Source: Marinagarivorans sp. (lineage in GTDB: Bacteria > Pseudomonadota > Gammaproteobacteria > Pseudomonadales > Cellvibrionaceae). From it: a DNA stretch of 64,000 bases. A program made the translations under genes and the position numbers. Below the pieces are notes generated by a model, which was not told where the DNA came from, searched no databases, and saw only the letters and a list, made by a program, of their open reading frames with translations. Of the stretch, positions 41,668 through 51,028 are shown one piece after another (position 1 is the first letter of the stretch; the number at the start of each line of letters is the position of its first letter). The stretch covers positions 745 to 64,744 of the forward strand of contig DATBNJ010000182.1 of assembly GCA_036554385.1 (NCBI GenBank), read 5' to 3'.

Positions 41668-43158
41668 TTAAACCGTCTGGCTTAGGTGTTTTTTCCAGCG
41701 AGCATAGGCGTCGGCGTATTGCTCCATCGCATTGGGCTCAGGTTCGAAAATGTCAGCGCGTTTTATCGACTGAAATGTTTCTTTTTCGTTTTTGAAAAAT
41801 CCATGTCCTAATGCAGCACCTCGGGCGGCCCCTTCAACACTGTCGGTTGTTAACAGCTCTAGGGTGCATTGTGTAGTGTTACAAAATGCGTACTGAAACA
41901 ATGGGCTTAAAAAGAGGCTGCTCGACGGCGCGCGAATAACCTTGCTAGCCCCCCCTAGTGATTCAATGACCTCAAAGCCAGCTTTCAGCGCAAATACGAT
42001 GCCTTCTTGTGTCGCCCGTACAATATGCCCTAGCGAATGACGGTTAAAGTCGATATCGACCAATCCACCCCCAAGGACTGCATTGTTAAAAATTCGTTCC
42101 GCACCATTGCCGAACGGCATAAAGTTTAAACCGTTGCTGCCGATTGGCGTTTTACTGGCGGCATCATTTAGCGTGCCATAATCCACGGTGTTGCCCGCGG
42201 CACTGAGTATTTCACGCAGCCAGCTGAAAGATCGACCCGCTCCGTTCACACACGCAAGAATACCATTGCGCGGCGCTTGCTCGTTGTGTGTCACGTGCTG
42301 AAAGGTGTTGACCCGGTGCTTGCGGTCACCAATGGCTTTGTCTGTCACGCTGTAAATCACGCCCGACGTGCCTGCTGTGGCGGCGACATCGCCGGGGTTT
42401 AGCACATTGAGACTAAAAGCATTGTTGGGCTGGTCACCGCAGCGGTAGCACACTGGCGTGCCGGGCTTGAGCCCGAGCTCTTCGGCGCAGCTGGCGGACA
42501 CGGACACTTGCTCGCCGATCGCGGGCACCAGCTCGGGAATCAGCGATGCCGACATGCCCCATAGCTGCAGCAGGCCTTGCTCTGGTTGTTGGGCTTTATG
42601 GTTCCACAGCATGCCTTCTGAAAGCCCAGTAGCGGTCGTTGTGATATCGCCGCTTAAGCGCATAGCGATATAGTCGCCCGGTAGCATGATCTTGTGGATT
42701 TTGGCGAACAGCTCGGGCTCGTTAAGCTGCACCCAGCGCAATTTTGCCGCGGTGAAATTGCCCGGAGAGTTCAATAGTTGTTCAAAGCAGTAGCTCTCGC
42801 CGAGCTCATTAAGTGCTTCGTTGCCAAGCTGAACTGCGCGGCTATCACACCAGATGATCGAAGGGCGAAGTACCTGCTGTGCTTTGTCAACACACACTAA
42901 GCCGTGCATTTGGTAAGTAATGCCAATGGCTTGAATCGCTGAAGGGTCAATAGCTTTTTGGGTAAAAAGCTCGCCGCAGGCATCCTTTACACATTGCCAC
43001 CAAAATTCGGGCGATTGTTCCGCCCAGCCCGGTTGTGGACTGGCGATCTCCATCTCCAGCTTTGGGTAATGAGTTGCAGCAATCGTAAGGCCACTATCTC
43101 CATTAAAAACAGAGACTTTTACTGACGAACTACCGATGTCGATGCCGAGAAAATACAT
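41668..43158 (-). CDS. xylB: Xylulokinase (FGGY family)
   Basis: GIDIGSSSVK, YQMHGLV, IIWCDSR, GDQPNNA, TAGTSG; directly upstream of xylA. Confidence 0.92.
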   Translation of the reverse strand: MYFLGIDIGSSSVKVSVFNGDSGLTIAATHYPKLEMEIASPQPGWAEQSPEFWWQCVKDACGELFTQKAIDPSAIQAIGITYQMHGLVCVDKAQQVLRPSIIWCDSRAVQLGNEALNELGESYCFEQLLNSPGNFTAAKLRWVQLNEPELFAKIHKIMLPGDYIAMRLSGDITTTATGLSEGMLWNHKAQQPEQGLLQLWGMSASLIPELVPAIGEQVSVSASCAEELGLKPGTPVCYRCGDQPNNAFSLNVLNPGDVAATAGTSGVIYSVTDKAIGDRKHRVNTFQHVTHNEQAPRNGILACVNGAGRSFSWLREILSAAGNTVDYGTLNDAASKTPIGSNGLNFMPFGNGAERIFNNAVLGGGLVDIDFNRHSLGHIVRATQEGIVFALKAGFEVIESLGGASKVIRAPSSSLFLSPLFQYAFCNTTQCTLELLTTDSVEGAARGAALGHGFFKNEKETFQSIKRADIFEPEPNAMEQYADAYARWKKHLSQTV

Positions 43159-43222
43159 TGAATAAAAAGGCCTTAAAAATTGATGATGTTAATAAATAAA
43201 GATAGCCCAGAAATGCAAAAAG

Positions 43223-43273
43223 ACGACACTTTTGTGGATCTAAGTGCCACTTTTTATAGCTCAGCGACACTTT
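43223..43273 (-). promoter_or_regulatory. Three direct repeats at 20-21 bp spacing upstream of xylB (AraC-family operator candidate)
   Basis: Minus-strand AAAGTGTCGC / AAAGTGGCAC / AAAGTGTCGT; the TG(T/G)C cores start at 43269, 43249 and 43228. Confidence 0.55.
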
Positions 43274-43521
43274 CTCGTTTGCGAATGGCTAAAAAAAGGC
43301 TAGCTGGAAAGGTTAGAGTAAAGGCTTGACGTACGGTTACAAACTTTTTCGCTGTATTACCGTGCTTTTTTAACTAGCGCGAAGCCCTGTATCCACGGCA
43401 CTGGAGGGCTTTTGGAGTCATAAAAATGACGTTTCTCGATGCGTTGTATTTTGTTAACCTAAACGTGTGCAAATTATGGAGACTTCGAGGCCATATGTGG
43501 CCTGAATAGTCATTATAACTG

Positions 43522-44388
43522 TTATATTCCACCTGATTTTAATCGCTGGTTCTCACGGTACTGGCTTGGGGTGAGGTGTTTTTTCTCAAGAAATTTTCTA
43601 TTGAAGTGAGAGATATTTCCGTAACCACAGGTCAAAGCGATGTCTAGGATGTCTTTGTCGGAAGAGCTTAGCAGGTGGCAGGCTTCGGCAATGCGCACTT
43701 CATTAACGAATGATACGAATGTTCGACCGGTTTGCGTGCGAAAGAAGCGCGAGAAGCTTTGCGGCGCCATATTGACGAGCTTGGCGATGTCTGGCTGTCG
43801 AATCTCTTCGTGAAAATGGTTTTTGACATAGTTGATTGCGCTGGTAAGGCGGTCAACGCCTTTAACCGACTTATCAACCTGGTAACTATTACTGACAAGC
43901 AGACGGCGCTCGCATTGACTGAGCTTTTCACACAGGATAAGCAACTGGGCGATGCGCGTCATGCCCTCTGATTGACAAACGCTATCGAGTTGTTGGCGAA
44001 CCTCAGCGGAATAGTCCTTAAACTGGACGGCTTGGTCTGATGCTTTAAACAGCGCGTGAATACTTTGAGCTTCGGGAATATTGTAAAAGCTTTCACCTAA
44101 AAATAACGGGTCAAACTGGACTACCAGCATCTCGTTGTTGACCGCTTCGTTGTCGCTGATCCAGCAGTGAGGTATGTTAGGCCCAATCAGCGTTAAGTTG
44201 CCGGGATAAAAAGCCTCGATGTTATCGCCCACAAATTGTTTGCCTTGGCCTTTGAGGATAAGGGTCAGTTCGTATTGTGGGTGGAAGTGCCACGTGTGGT
44301 TGCTTTGAAATGCAGGGCAGGAAAACTGCAGGACACGGATGGATTCGTGCTCGTCAAGAACAACATTTTCGAAGGCTGGTTTTCCCAT
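43522..44388 (-). CDS. AraC-family transcriptional regulator (cupin + HTH)
   Basis: WHFHPQYEL, IGPNIPHCW cupin; FSRFFRxxTGRTFVSFVNEVRI...IALTCGYGNISHFNRKF. Confidence 0.93.
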   Translation of the reverse strand: MGKPAFENVVLDEHESIRVLQFSCPAFQSNHTWHFHPQYELTLILKGQGKQFVGDNIEAFYPGNLTLIGPNIPHCWISDNEAVNNEMLVVQFDPLFLGESFYNIPEAQSIHALFKASDQAVQFKDYSAEVRQQLDSVCQSEGMTRIAQLLILCEKLSQCERRLLVSNSYQVDKSVKGVDRLTSAINYVKNHFHEEIRQPDIAKLVNMAPQSFSRFFRTQTGRTFVSFVNEVRIAEACHLLSSSDKDILDIALTCGYGNISHFNRKFLEKKHLTPSQYRENQRLKSGGI

Positions 44389-44923
44389 AGTCTATTCAAT
44401 TCTAAGGTGAATTTTAGTATTCATTATATGCTTAATCTGCAAGTAAAGTTCAAGTGCCAAGGCTTTAAATTGCAGTAAATGATAACTTAGTGCTTATGGT
44501 AATACAGACTAAATTACTGCTCTTGGGCTACTGGTTAGAACATTGCGTGTGCCTTGGTAAAAATGGGGTGCTTGAGTGTTAAATATAGACTATCTGTCGT
44601 GTTAAAAGTTCGGTAGCGTGCCTGCGGCTCCACTGAGCATCATCGGCGGCGCAACTTATTTGTTTTGCGGTTATATCAGGGCAAGCTGAGGCATTGAATA
44701 ACAACATTGTTTAATGGCGTTAAATAATGCCGAGTTAGCCGCTTGATATGAGCTTGACGGGCTTGGTTTGAGCGAAATACCGCTGAGCGGTTGCAGCGCT
44801 GCTCGGCAGAGCAGTATCATGCAGCGCGCAAATACAAAGCGAGTGAACAGTGGTGGCAGCTCTTTAGTGTAGGAGTGCCCACCGAGTGCTCTAAACAATA
44901 ACGACAAACTTGAGCAAAAGCAT

Positions 44924-46339
44924 ATGGAAAATATACCTCCAAAAACCAATGAAAACTTTTCATTTATTGTCTTAATTAGCTGTATTGCAACGATTGGCGG
45001 CTTTCTTTTTGGCTTCGATAGCGGTGTGATCAACGGCACGGTTGATGGCTTGAGGACAGCGTTCAACTCAGATTCCATGGGAACCGGCTTTAACGTTGCC
45101 TCCATGTTGCTTGGTTGCGCTGTCGGTGCTGCCGTCGCAGGGCGATTAGCCGATGTTTACGGGCGTCGCACCATGTTAATTTGCGCGGCCATTTTCTTTA
45201 TTATTTCAGCATGGGGCTCCGGTGCTGCAGGCGGCTCTATAGAGTTCATTGTGTATCGCGTGCTCGGTGGCTTAGCGGTAGGTGCCGCGAGCGTTATGGC
45301 GCCGGCTTATATTAGTGAGGTGGCTCCAGCGGCTTATCGTGGTCGTCTGGCTACTATCCAGCAAGTAGCCATTATTACGGGATTGACGGCGGCATTTCTG
45401 AGCAATTATTTGTTGGCCGAGCTATCCGGCTCTGCTTTAAGTCCATTGTGGCTAGGCTTCGATACTTGGCGCTGGATGTTTTGGGTAGAGATGTTCCCCG
45501 CAACTATTTTCTTGGTTGCATTACTGTTTATCCCTGAAAGCCCGCGTTTTTTGGTAAGCCGTCAGCAAAAGGAAAAAGCCTTATCGGTGCTTAGGCGTTT
45601 GTACGGTGACGCTGATGGCGAAAAGAAGTACACAGAAATTGACCAGTCGCTCGCTAAAGATCACCACCGCCCGTCGTTAAAAGACTTAATCGATACGAAA
45701 ACAGGCCGCATTCGTCGCTTGGTGTGGGTCGGTATTGGTTTGGCGACCTTCCAGCAGCTGGTGGGGATTAATGTTGTCTTTTATTACGGCGCTGTGCTGT
45801 GGCAGTCGGTTGGCTTTTCGGAAAATGATGCGCTATTCATTAATGTGGTTTCCGGTGCGCTAAGTATTGGTGCCTGTATCCTTGCCTTATTGCTGGTCGA
45901 TAAAATCGGGCGTAAACCGCTATTGTGGATCGGTTCTACAGGCATGGCGGTGACACTCACTTTGTGTACTATTGCGTTTTCCACCGCGTCTTTTGATGCA
46001 TCAGGGCAATTGAGCTTGAGCGACAATATGGGCACCTTGGCCCTTATTAGCGCCAACCTTTACGTGATTTTCTTTAACTTGTCATGGGGCCCTGTGATGT
46101 GGGTAATGTTGGGCGAAATGTTCCCGAATCAGATTCGGGGTTCTGGTCTTGCGGTGGCCGGTTTGTGTCAATGGGGTACAAACTTTGCGATTACGATTAC
46201 CTTTCCGATTTTGTTGGCAGGGATTGGGCTGGCAGGCGCTTACGGCTTCTATGCGCTGTGTGCGTTTATATCAGTGATCTTCATCCTCAAATTTGTCCAT
46301 GAGACCAAGGGCGTCGAACTAGAAGATATGAAGGGCTAG
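44924..46339 (+). CDS. MFS sugar porter (XylE/GlcP-like, probable xylose:H+ symporter)
   Basis: GGFLFGFDSGVING, ADVYGRR, YISEVAP..YRGRL, PESPRFL, FQQLVGINVVFYY, SWGPV.WVMLGEMFP, ETKG..LE. Substrate inferred from context. Confidence 0.93.
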   Translation: MENIPPKTNENFSFIVLISCIATIGGFLFGFDSGVINGTVDGLRTAFNSDSMGTGFNVASMLLGCAVGAAVAGRLADVYGRRTMLICAAIFFIISAWGSGAAGGSIEFIVYRVLGGLAVGAASVMAPAYISEVAPAAYRGRLATIQQVAIITGLTAAFLSNYLLAELSGSALSPLWLGFDTWRWMFWVEMFPATIFLVALLFIPESPRFLVSRQQKEKALSVLRRLYGDADGEKKYTEIDQSLAKDHHRPSLKDLIDTKTGRIRRLVWVGIGLATFQQLVGINVVFYYGAVLWQSVGFSENDALFINVVSGALSIGACILALLLVDKIGRKPLLWIGSTGMAVTLTLCTIAFSTASFDASGQLSLSDNMGTLALISANLYVIFFNLSWGPVMWVMLGEMFPNQIRGSGLAVAGLCQWGTNFAITITFPILLAGIGLAGAYGFYALCAFISVIFILKFVHETKGVELEDMKG

Positions 46340-46361
46340 CAGAGCTATTGTATCTAAACCT

Positions 46362-46392
46362 AAAAAAGCGAGCTCAGGGCTCGCTTTTTTTT
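46362..46392. terminator. Bidirectional intrinsic terminator between the sugar porter and DUF484
   Basis: AAAAAAGCGAGC-tcagg-GCTCGCTTTTTTT. Confidence 0.9.
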
Positions 46393-46456
46393 GGTTTTTA
46401 TTGTTTGCGTTGAAAAGTGTGGGCTTCGCAGTCATTGTCGCAAGCGGGGAGTCGCG

Positions 46457-47155
46457 TTATAAAAAACGCCCCAGAACTCGACTTAATAGTTCGCTCAGGT
46501 GGCGCAAAAAGAGCGTGCCGCCGTTGGGCTGGTAACGCTCGGGGTCTTCGTGGCCTACCGCAATTATGGCAATCGGTCGGCTGCCGTGCCGCACAATGCT
46601 GACGGCGGCGGAACCCACTTGGTGCTCATTGTCAAAAAGCGCATTGATTTCGGCTTGGCTGATGCCGCTAAACGCGGTTTTGCTGCTTTTGAGCCTTTCG
46701 TTAAGTAAGGGCTGAAAACTGTTGTCTGCCCAAAAATGCGTGGTTGCGGAGCTTAGATGTTTGTCGAGTACCCATATAGCGGCGTGTTTTACTTTAAATT
46801 CTTGGTCGAGGCTATAGCTAAGGGCGTCGAAAATATCGCCGAGCTCGGAACACTCAATCAGTGATAAGGTGAGCCTTTGGCTTAACTCGAAAAGCCGGTC
46901 ATTTTCGCGAGCATTGGCTAAAAGTATGTTGAGTCGTTCGCGAATATTGCTATTGCGCTCGCGGTAGGTGTGGACTTGTTTTTCTATTAGGGAAATGGCG
47001 TTACCCGAAGGGTGAGAGAGCCTTAAACTTAGCAACAGATCTAAGTGGCGCTCAAAAAACTCGGGATTGTCAGCGAGGTAGCGCTCGACATCGTCTTCGC
47101 TAATCGGTGAAGAGGGCTCAAGCGTTGCTGGCTTTTTATTATGCTTATCGCTCAC
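46457..47155 (-). CDS. yigA: DUF484 (YigA) family protein
   Basis: VERYLADNPEFFERH..LL..L.L.HPSG.AISLIEKQV..YRERN; GTLFL..L; follows dapF. Confidence 0.9.
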   Translation of the reverse strand: MSDKHNKKPATLEPSSPISEDDVERYLADNPEFFERHLDLLLSLRLSHPSGNAISLIEKQVHTYRERNSNIRERLNILLANARENDRLFELSQRLTLSLIECSELGDIFDALSYSLDQEFKVKHAAIWVLDKHLSSATTHFWADNSFQPLLNERLKSSKTAFSGISQAEINALFDNEHQVGSAAVSIVRHGSRPIAIIAVGHEDPERYQPNGGTLFLRHLSELLSRVLGRFL

Positions 47156-47180
47156 ATCTTTCCCCTTATTTGGTTACGTA

Positions 47181-48044
47181 TTAAATGCGCACTTGTCCGT
47201 GAAAAACGGTCGCCGTGGGGCCAGTCATCATCACGGAATTGCCCGGCCCCGCCCACGTGATGACCAAGCTGCCACCCGGCAAATTGACGGTAACGGTCTC
47301 ATCGAGCAGCGACTGAACGCGACCTGCAACTACTGCAGCACAGGCGCCGGTACCGCACGCCAGCGTTTCACCGGAGCCGCGTTCGTAGACGCGAAGGTTA
47401 ATTTCGCCTCGGTTGACGATGCTCATAAAACCGGCGTTTACGCGGTTCGGGAATTGAGGGTGGGCCTCCACGAGCGGGCCAATCGCTTTTACTGGGTAGT
47501 TTGCCACATCGTCGACTTGAGTTACGGCATGGGGGTTGCCCATTGAAACCGCGCCAATGGTAAGCGTTGAAATCGCGCTTGCCTGTGCGTCGGTGGCAGC
47601 GCTCGTGTCGATATCAAGAGGGTAGGCGCTCGCTTGGCAATCCGCAATAAAAGGAATTTTACTGGGGCTGAGCTCGGGTATGCCCATGTCGACGGTTACA
47701 TTGTATTTATCGACGACATTAAGCACCAATAAGCCGTTGGCCGTTTCGGCATTGATTACGTGTTTGCCGGTCAGTTTGCGCATGCGCACAAAAATTGCAA
47801 AACACCGGGCGCCGTTGCCACAGTTTTCTACCTCTGAGCCGTCGGCGTTAAAGATGCGGTATTTAAAGTCGGCGTCGCTGCGTGTTGGGGCTTCGACAAT
47901 AAGAATTTGGTCACAACCCACGCCGAAGTTTCGATCGGCAATTTTGCGTGCCCGATCGGGAGTAATGCTCACCTGCTGGCTAATGGCATCAATCATGACA
48001 AAGTCGTTGCCAAGGCCGTGCATTTTAGTAAAGCGAATTTTCAT
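47181..48044 (-). CDS. dapF: Diaminopimelate epimerase
   Basis: FTKMHGLGNDF, ENCGNGARC, SMGNPH, YERGSGETLACGTGACA. Confidence 0.98.
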   Translation of the reverse strand: MKIRFTKMHGLGNDFVMIDAISQQVSITPDRARKIADRNFGVGCDQILIVEAPTRSDADFKYRIFNADGSEVENCGNGARCFAIFVRMRKLTGKHVINAETANGLLVLNVVDKYNVTVDMGIPELSPSKIPFIADCQASAYPLDIDTSAATDAQASAISTLTIGAVSMGNPHAVTQVDDVANYPVKAIGPLVEAHPQFPNRVNAGFMSIVNRGEINLRVYERGSGETLACGTGACAAVVAGRVQSLLDETVTVNLPGGSLVITWAGPGNSVMMTGPTATVFHGQVRI

Positions 48045-48052
48045 AGTAGGAT

Positions 48053-49303
48053 TTATTCCGCTGCAGGTAGCGTGGCTTCGAGGGCAATCAAGTCTTCGAT
48101 GCTTTCGCGTTTGCGCACTACGTGCACGGCTTCGCCGTCAACCATAAGCTCACAGGCGCGGGGGCGCGAGTTGTAGTTAGAGCTCATAGTAAAGCCGTAG
48201 GCGCCGGAAGACTTCACGGCTAAAAGGTCGCCTTGCTCTAAGGTGAGTTCGCGGTCTTTGCCTAAGAAGTCGCCGGTTTCGCACACGGGGCCGACAATGT
48301 CCCACAGTTTGCCAGCTTCGGGCCTTGGATTGACCGGCACGATAGCTTGCCACGCTTGGTACAGCGATGGGCGAATAAGGTCGTTCATGGCGGCATCGAC
48401 GATGGCAAAGTTTTTGTGCTCGGTGGGCTTAAGGTACTCGACACGTGTTAGCAATACACCGGCATTGGCTGCAATTGAACGGCCCGGTTCAAACATGAGT
48501 GCCAGTTTTCGATCGCCCAGTCGGTTTTTAATGGCCGCAATATAGTCTGCAATGGCCGGTGGGGTTTCTTGATCGTAAGTTACGCCAAGCCCGCCACCTA
48601 AATCTAAATGGTGAATGCTTATGCCCGATTCTGCGAGCTTGTCGACGAGCTGCAAGACGCGATCGAGGGCATCGAGAAATGGCTGGGTTTCGGTCAGTTG
48701 CGAGCCAATATGGCAGTCGACACCAACAATGCGAAGCCCAGGTAGGCTCGATGCGCGTTGGTATACTGCGGGGGCGTCGTTAATATCGATACCAAATTTA
48801 TTTTCTTTTAGGCCCGTTGATATATAGGGGTGTGTTTTGGCATCGACATCGGGATTGACGCGAATTGATATCGAGGCGACTTTGTTCTGAGAACCCGCTA
48901 CTTGCGACAAGGTTTCGAGTTCGCTGGCCGATTCAATATTAAAACAGCCTACGCCGACTTCGAGCGCGCGTGCCATTTCACTGGCTGTTTTCCCTACGCC
49001 AGAAAAGACAATTTTTGCCGGTTGTCCACCAGCGCGTAAAACGCGCTCTAACTCGCCCACAGATACAATATCAAAGCCTGCGCCCAAGCGCGCCAGAACA
49101 TTTAAAACCCCAAGGTTTGAATTGGCTTTCACGGCGTAGCAAATGGTTCCTGGCCAATCCCCTAGGGCGTTGGCATAGGCTAAATAGGCATCGCTTAACG
49201 CAGCGCGGCTGTAAACATAGGCTGGCGTGCCAAATTGGTTGGCAATGGCGTCAAGGCTCGCTTGTTCAAGGTACAAGCTGTTATTTTTTGCTGTTAAAGA
49301 CAT
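48053..49303 (-). CDS. lysA: Diaminopimelate decarboxylase
   Basis: YAVKANSN (PLP Lys), FDIVSVGEL, ISTGLKENKFG, CHIGSQL, FEPGR, GPVCETGD, MSSNYNSR. Confidence 0.98.
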   Translation of the reverse strand: MSLTAKNNSLYLEQASLDAIANQFGTPAYVYSRAALSDAYLAYANALGDWPGTICYAVKANSNLGVLNVLARLGAGFDIVSVGELERVLRAGGQPAKIVFSGVGKTASEMARALEVGVGCFNIESASELETLSQVAGSQNKVASISIRVNPDVDAKTHPYISTGLKENKFGIDINDAPAVYQRASSLPGLRIVGVDCHIGSQLTETQPFLDALDRVLQLVDKLAESGISIHHLDLGGGLGVTYDQETPPAIADYIAAIKNRLGDRKLALMFEPGRSIAANAGVLLTRVEYLKPTEHKNFAIVDAAMNDLIRPSLYQAWQAIVPVNPRPEAGKLWDIVGPVCETGDFLGKDRELTLEQGDLLAVKSSGAYGFTMSSNYNSRPRACELMVDGEAVHVVRKRESIEDLIALEATLPAAE

Positions 49304-49311
49304 GTGTAAAC

Positions 49312-49557
49312 CTAATGAGTATGAGTCTCTGGGAGTCGCAGGGTAGTCGGCTCTGATACCGCGGTGCTACCGGTATCATTGGCCTTATCCACGCTTGCAG
49401 CACGATTGTTGTCGGCATCGCCGCGCTCGGGCGCGACTAACGGCCCTTTGTGTCCGCAGCCTTGCATAAGCAGTGTCGCACATGCGAGTAGGAACGCAGC
49501 ACAAGCGGGAAAAAGTGACGCAATGTATACGTTAAGAACGGAGCGCAGGCCGCGCAT
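49312..49557 (-). CDS. lptM: LPS translocon maturation lipoprotein LptM (YifL/LppL)
   Basis: Lipobox followed by CGHKGPLVAP (the CGxKGPLxxP motif); first gene upstream of lysA-dapF. Confidence 0.85.
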   Translation of the reverse strand: MRGLRSVLNVYIASLFPACAAFLLACATLLMQGCGHKGPLVAPERGDADNNRAASVDKANDTGSTAVSEPTTLRLPETHTH

Positions 49558-49667
49558 AGCTCAACTCCAGATGAATTTTAGTTAAACACTGGAGTATACG
49601 GGCGAGAGGCATGGCGAACAATAGCGGCGCGCCACTATCGCATGCAGCGGTGCGGCGTTAACGGAGG

Positions 49668-50294
49668 CTATTTAACAGCGCGTAAACGGTTGAGAATTTG
49701 CTCGGCTGACTCTGCTTGAGCTTCCGCGGCGGGGTGCGCGGTTTGCGGCTTTTGAGGGGCCGAGTGCTTGGCTTGCGCATTGAGCCGCGCAATCGAGTGC
49801 AGGGCTGTGCGAATGCCTTTGCCGGCTGATAGTTGCGATTGCGCTCGCTGCAGTTGCGCGCTCGCATTTAAGGTATCTAGCTGTTGCTCTAAACGAAACA
49901 GGTTATAACGGTTTTGACTGAGCGTGCCCTTTAGGGCATGCATTGTTTGTTCTAGCGCAAGCACCTGTTTGCGATTACCGCACACATTGACATTGAGTTT
50001 GGCAATTTCGCTGGCCAGCGCCAGCGCCTTTTTGGCTTCTTCGCGCGCTAGCGCGTGCTGGGTATCCGCCTCGATCTGCTTGGTTTGGTGCTCGAGTTCA
50101 GTCAGCGCTTGTTTGGCTGCGCTGTAGTTTTGCTCCAGTTCTTTAAGTTGGGTTTCGCTGTGTTCGAATTGCTGTTTAACGGTGCGAAACTCTTTGCTTA
50201 CCATGCCTTGCGCCTTGCGGTGGGCCTCAGTTTGGGCATGGGCATCACTTGGCGTGGTGGCAAGCTGCGCAATAACGGTGCTCCAAGTATTCAT
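49668..50294 (-). CDS. Divergent PspA/IM30 (YjfJ-like) coiled-coil protein
   Basis: Amphipathic N-terminus MNTWSTVIAQL, long heptad coiled coil, AxxLAxEIA and LEQQLDTLNASAQLQRAQ; start overlaps the yjfI stop (ATGA). Confidence 0.7.
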   Translation of the reverse strand: MNTWSTVIAQLATTPSDAHAQTEAHRKAQGMVSKEFRTVKQQFEHSETQLKELEQNYSAAKQALTELEHQTKQIEADTQHALAREEAKKALALASEIAKLNVNVCGNRKQVLALEQTMHALKGTLSQNRYNLFRLEQQLDTLNASAQLQRAQSQLSAGKGIRTALHSIARLNAQAKHSAPQKPQTAHPAAEAQAESAEQILNRLRAVK

Positions 50295-51028
50295 AGTGCC
50301 GGCTCATCAGTGTGGTCGGTTAGCAGGTCGTCGCTTGTCGCGCAATCGCGCAAAAAGTGGCTGTAAGCATTCGCAGCTTGGATCACATTGGCGCCCAAAG
50401 TTTCAATTTCTAAGACAATATTTGCCAGTAAAGAGTTCGTCGAGAGCGCGCCAAATACGGTGTAATAGTCGTTGCCGTCGGAATAGGTTTCTATGCCGAT
50501 TGTCGACAGCGGGAAGTACTTGTGAGTGCGCAAAATAGCGGCATCAAATTGCGCGGTATCCGCAACGTCATCGACGGCCCAAAGTACCGCTTCGACCAGC
50601 ATCTGTTGCCCTGCGATGGTGAGCAGCAGCGGTAAGTCGCCGAGCTCATGCAGAATTATTTCTAAGCTGTGACCTTCGTCGAGCAGGTTAAAAGTGGCGT
50701 TATCGTGCGTGGCAAGGTCGGTGGTGAGCAGCGCCTCGTAAAGTTTGCCAATGGTCCAGCTGGGCGGGTTGTGGGCTAGCATGGCGTCGCCGACCAGCTG
50801 CCCCGCGTTGCCAATCGTGGGGGCTTCAATGTGAAAGCGCAGCTCTTTTTCGACCAGCGATAACAGCTTGCCGTTGGCGGGAATAATCCATGCCTCTTTC
50901 TTAACAAGGCCTTGCTCGCGTAACCTTTTTCGGAACTCGCGTTGGTAATAGGCCGATGATTTGGGTGCGCGGTGTTCAGCTGAACTGGTGGCTTTTGGCG
51001 TCTGCGCTGATTTCTTTGGCATATTCAA
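50291..51028 (-). CDS. YjfI (DUF2170) family protein with a basic N-terminal extension
   Basis: GDLPLLLTIAGQQMLVEAVLW, LRTHKYFPLSTIGI, YxVFGALSxxS.L.xI..EI..L..NVI. An alternative ATG lies at 51022. Confidence 0.85.
   Translation of the reverse strand: MNMPKKSAQTPKATSSAEHRAPKSSAYYQREFRKRLREQGLVKKEAWIIPANGKLLSLVEKELRFHIEAPTIGNAGQLVGDAMLAHNPPSWTIGKLYEALLTTDLATHDNATFNLLDEGHSLEIILHELGDLPLLLTIAGQQMLVEAVLWAVDDVADTAQFDAAILRTHKYFPLSTIGIETYSDGNDYYTVFGALSTNSLLANIVLEIETLGANVIQAANAYSHFLRDCATSDDLLTDHTDEPAL

Noticed and set aside
44671-45105. 144-aa minus-strand ORF in the AraC/porter gap
   Set aside because: It overlaps the start of the well-supported sugar porter on the opposite strand and has no recognisable motif.
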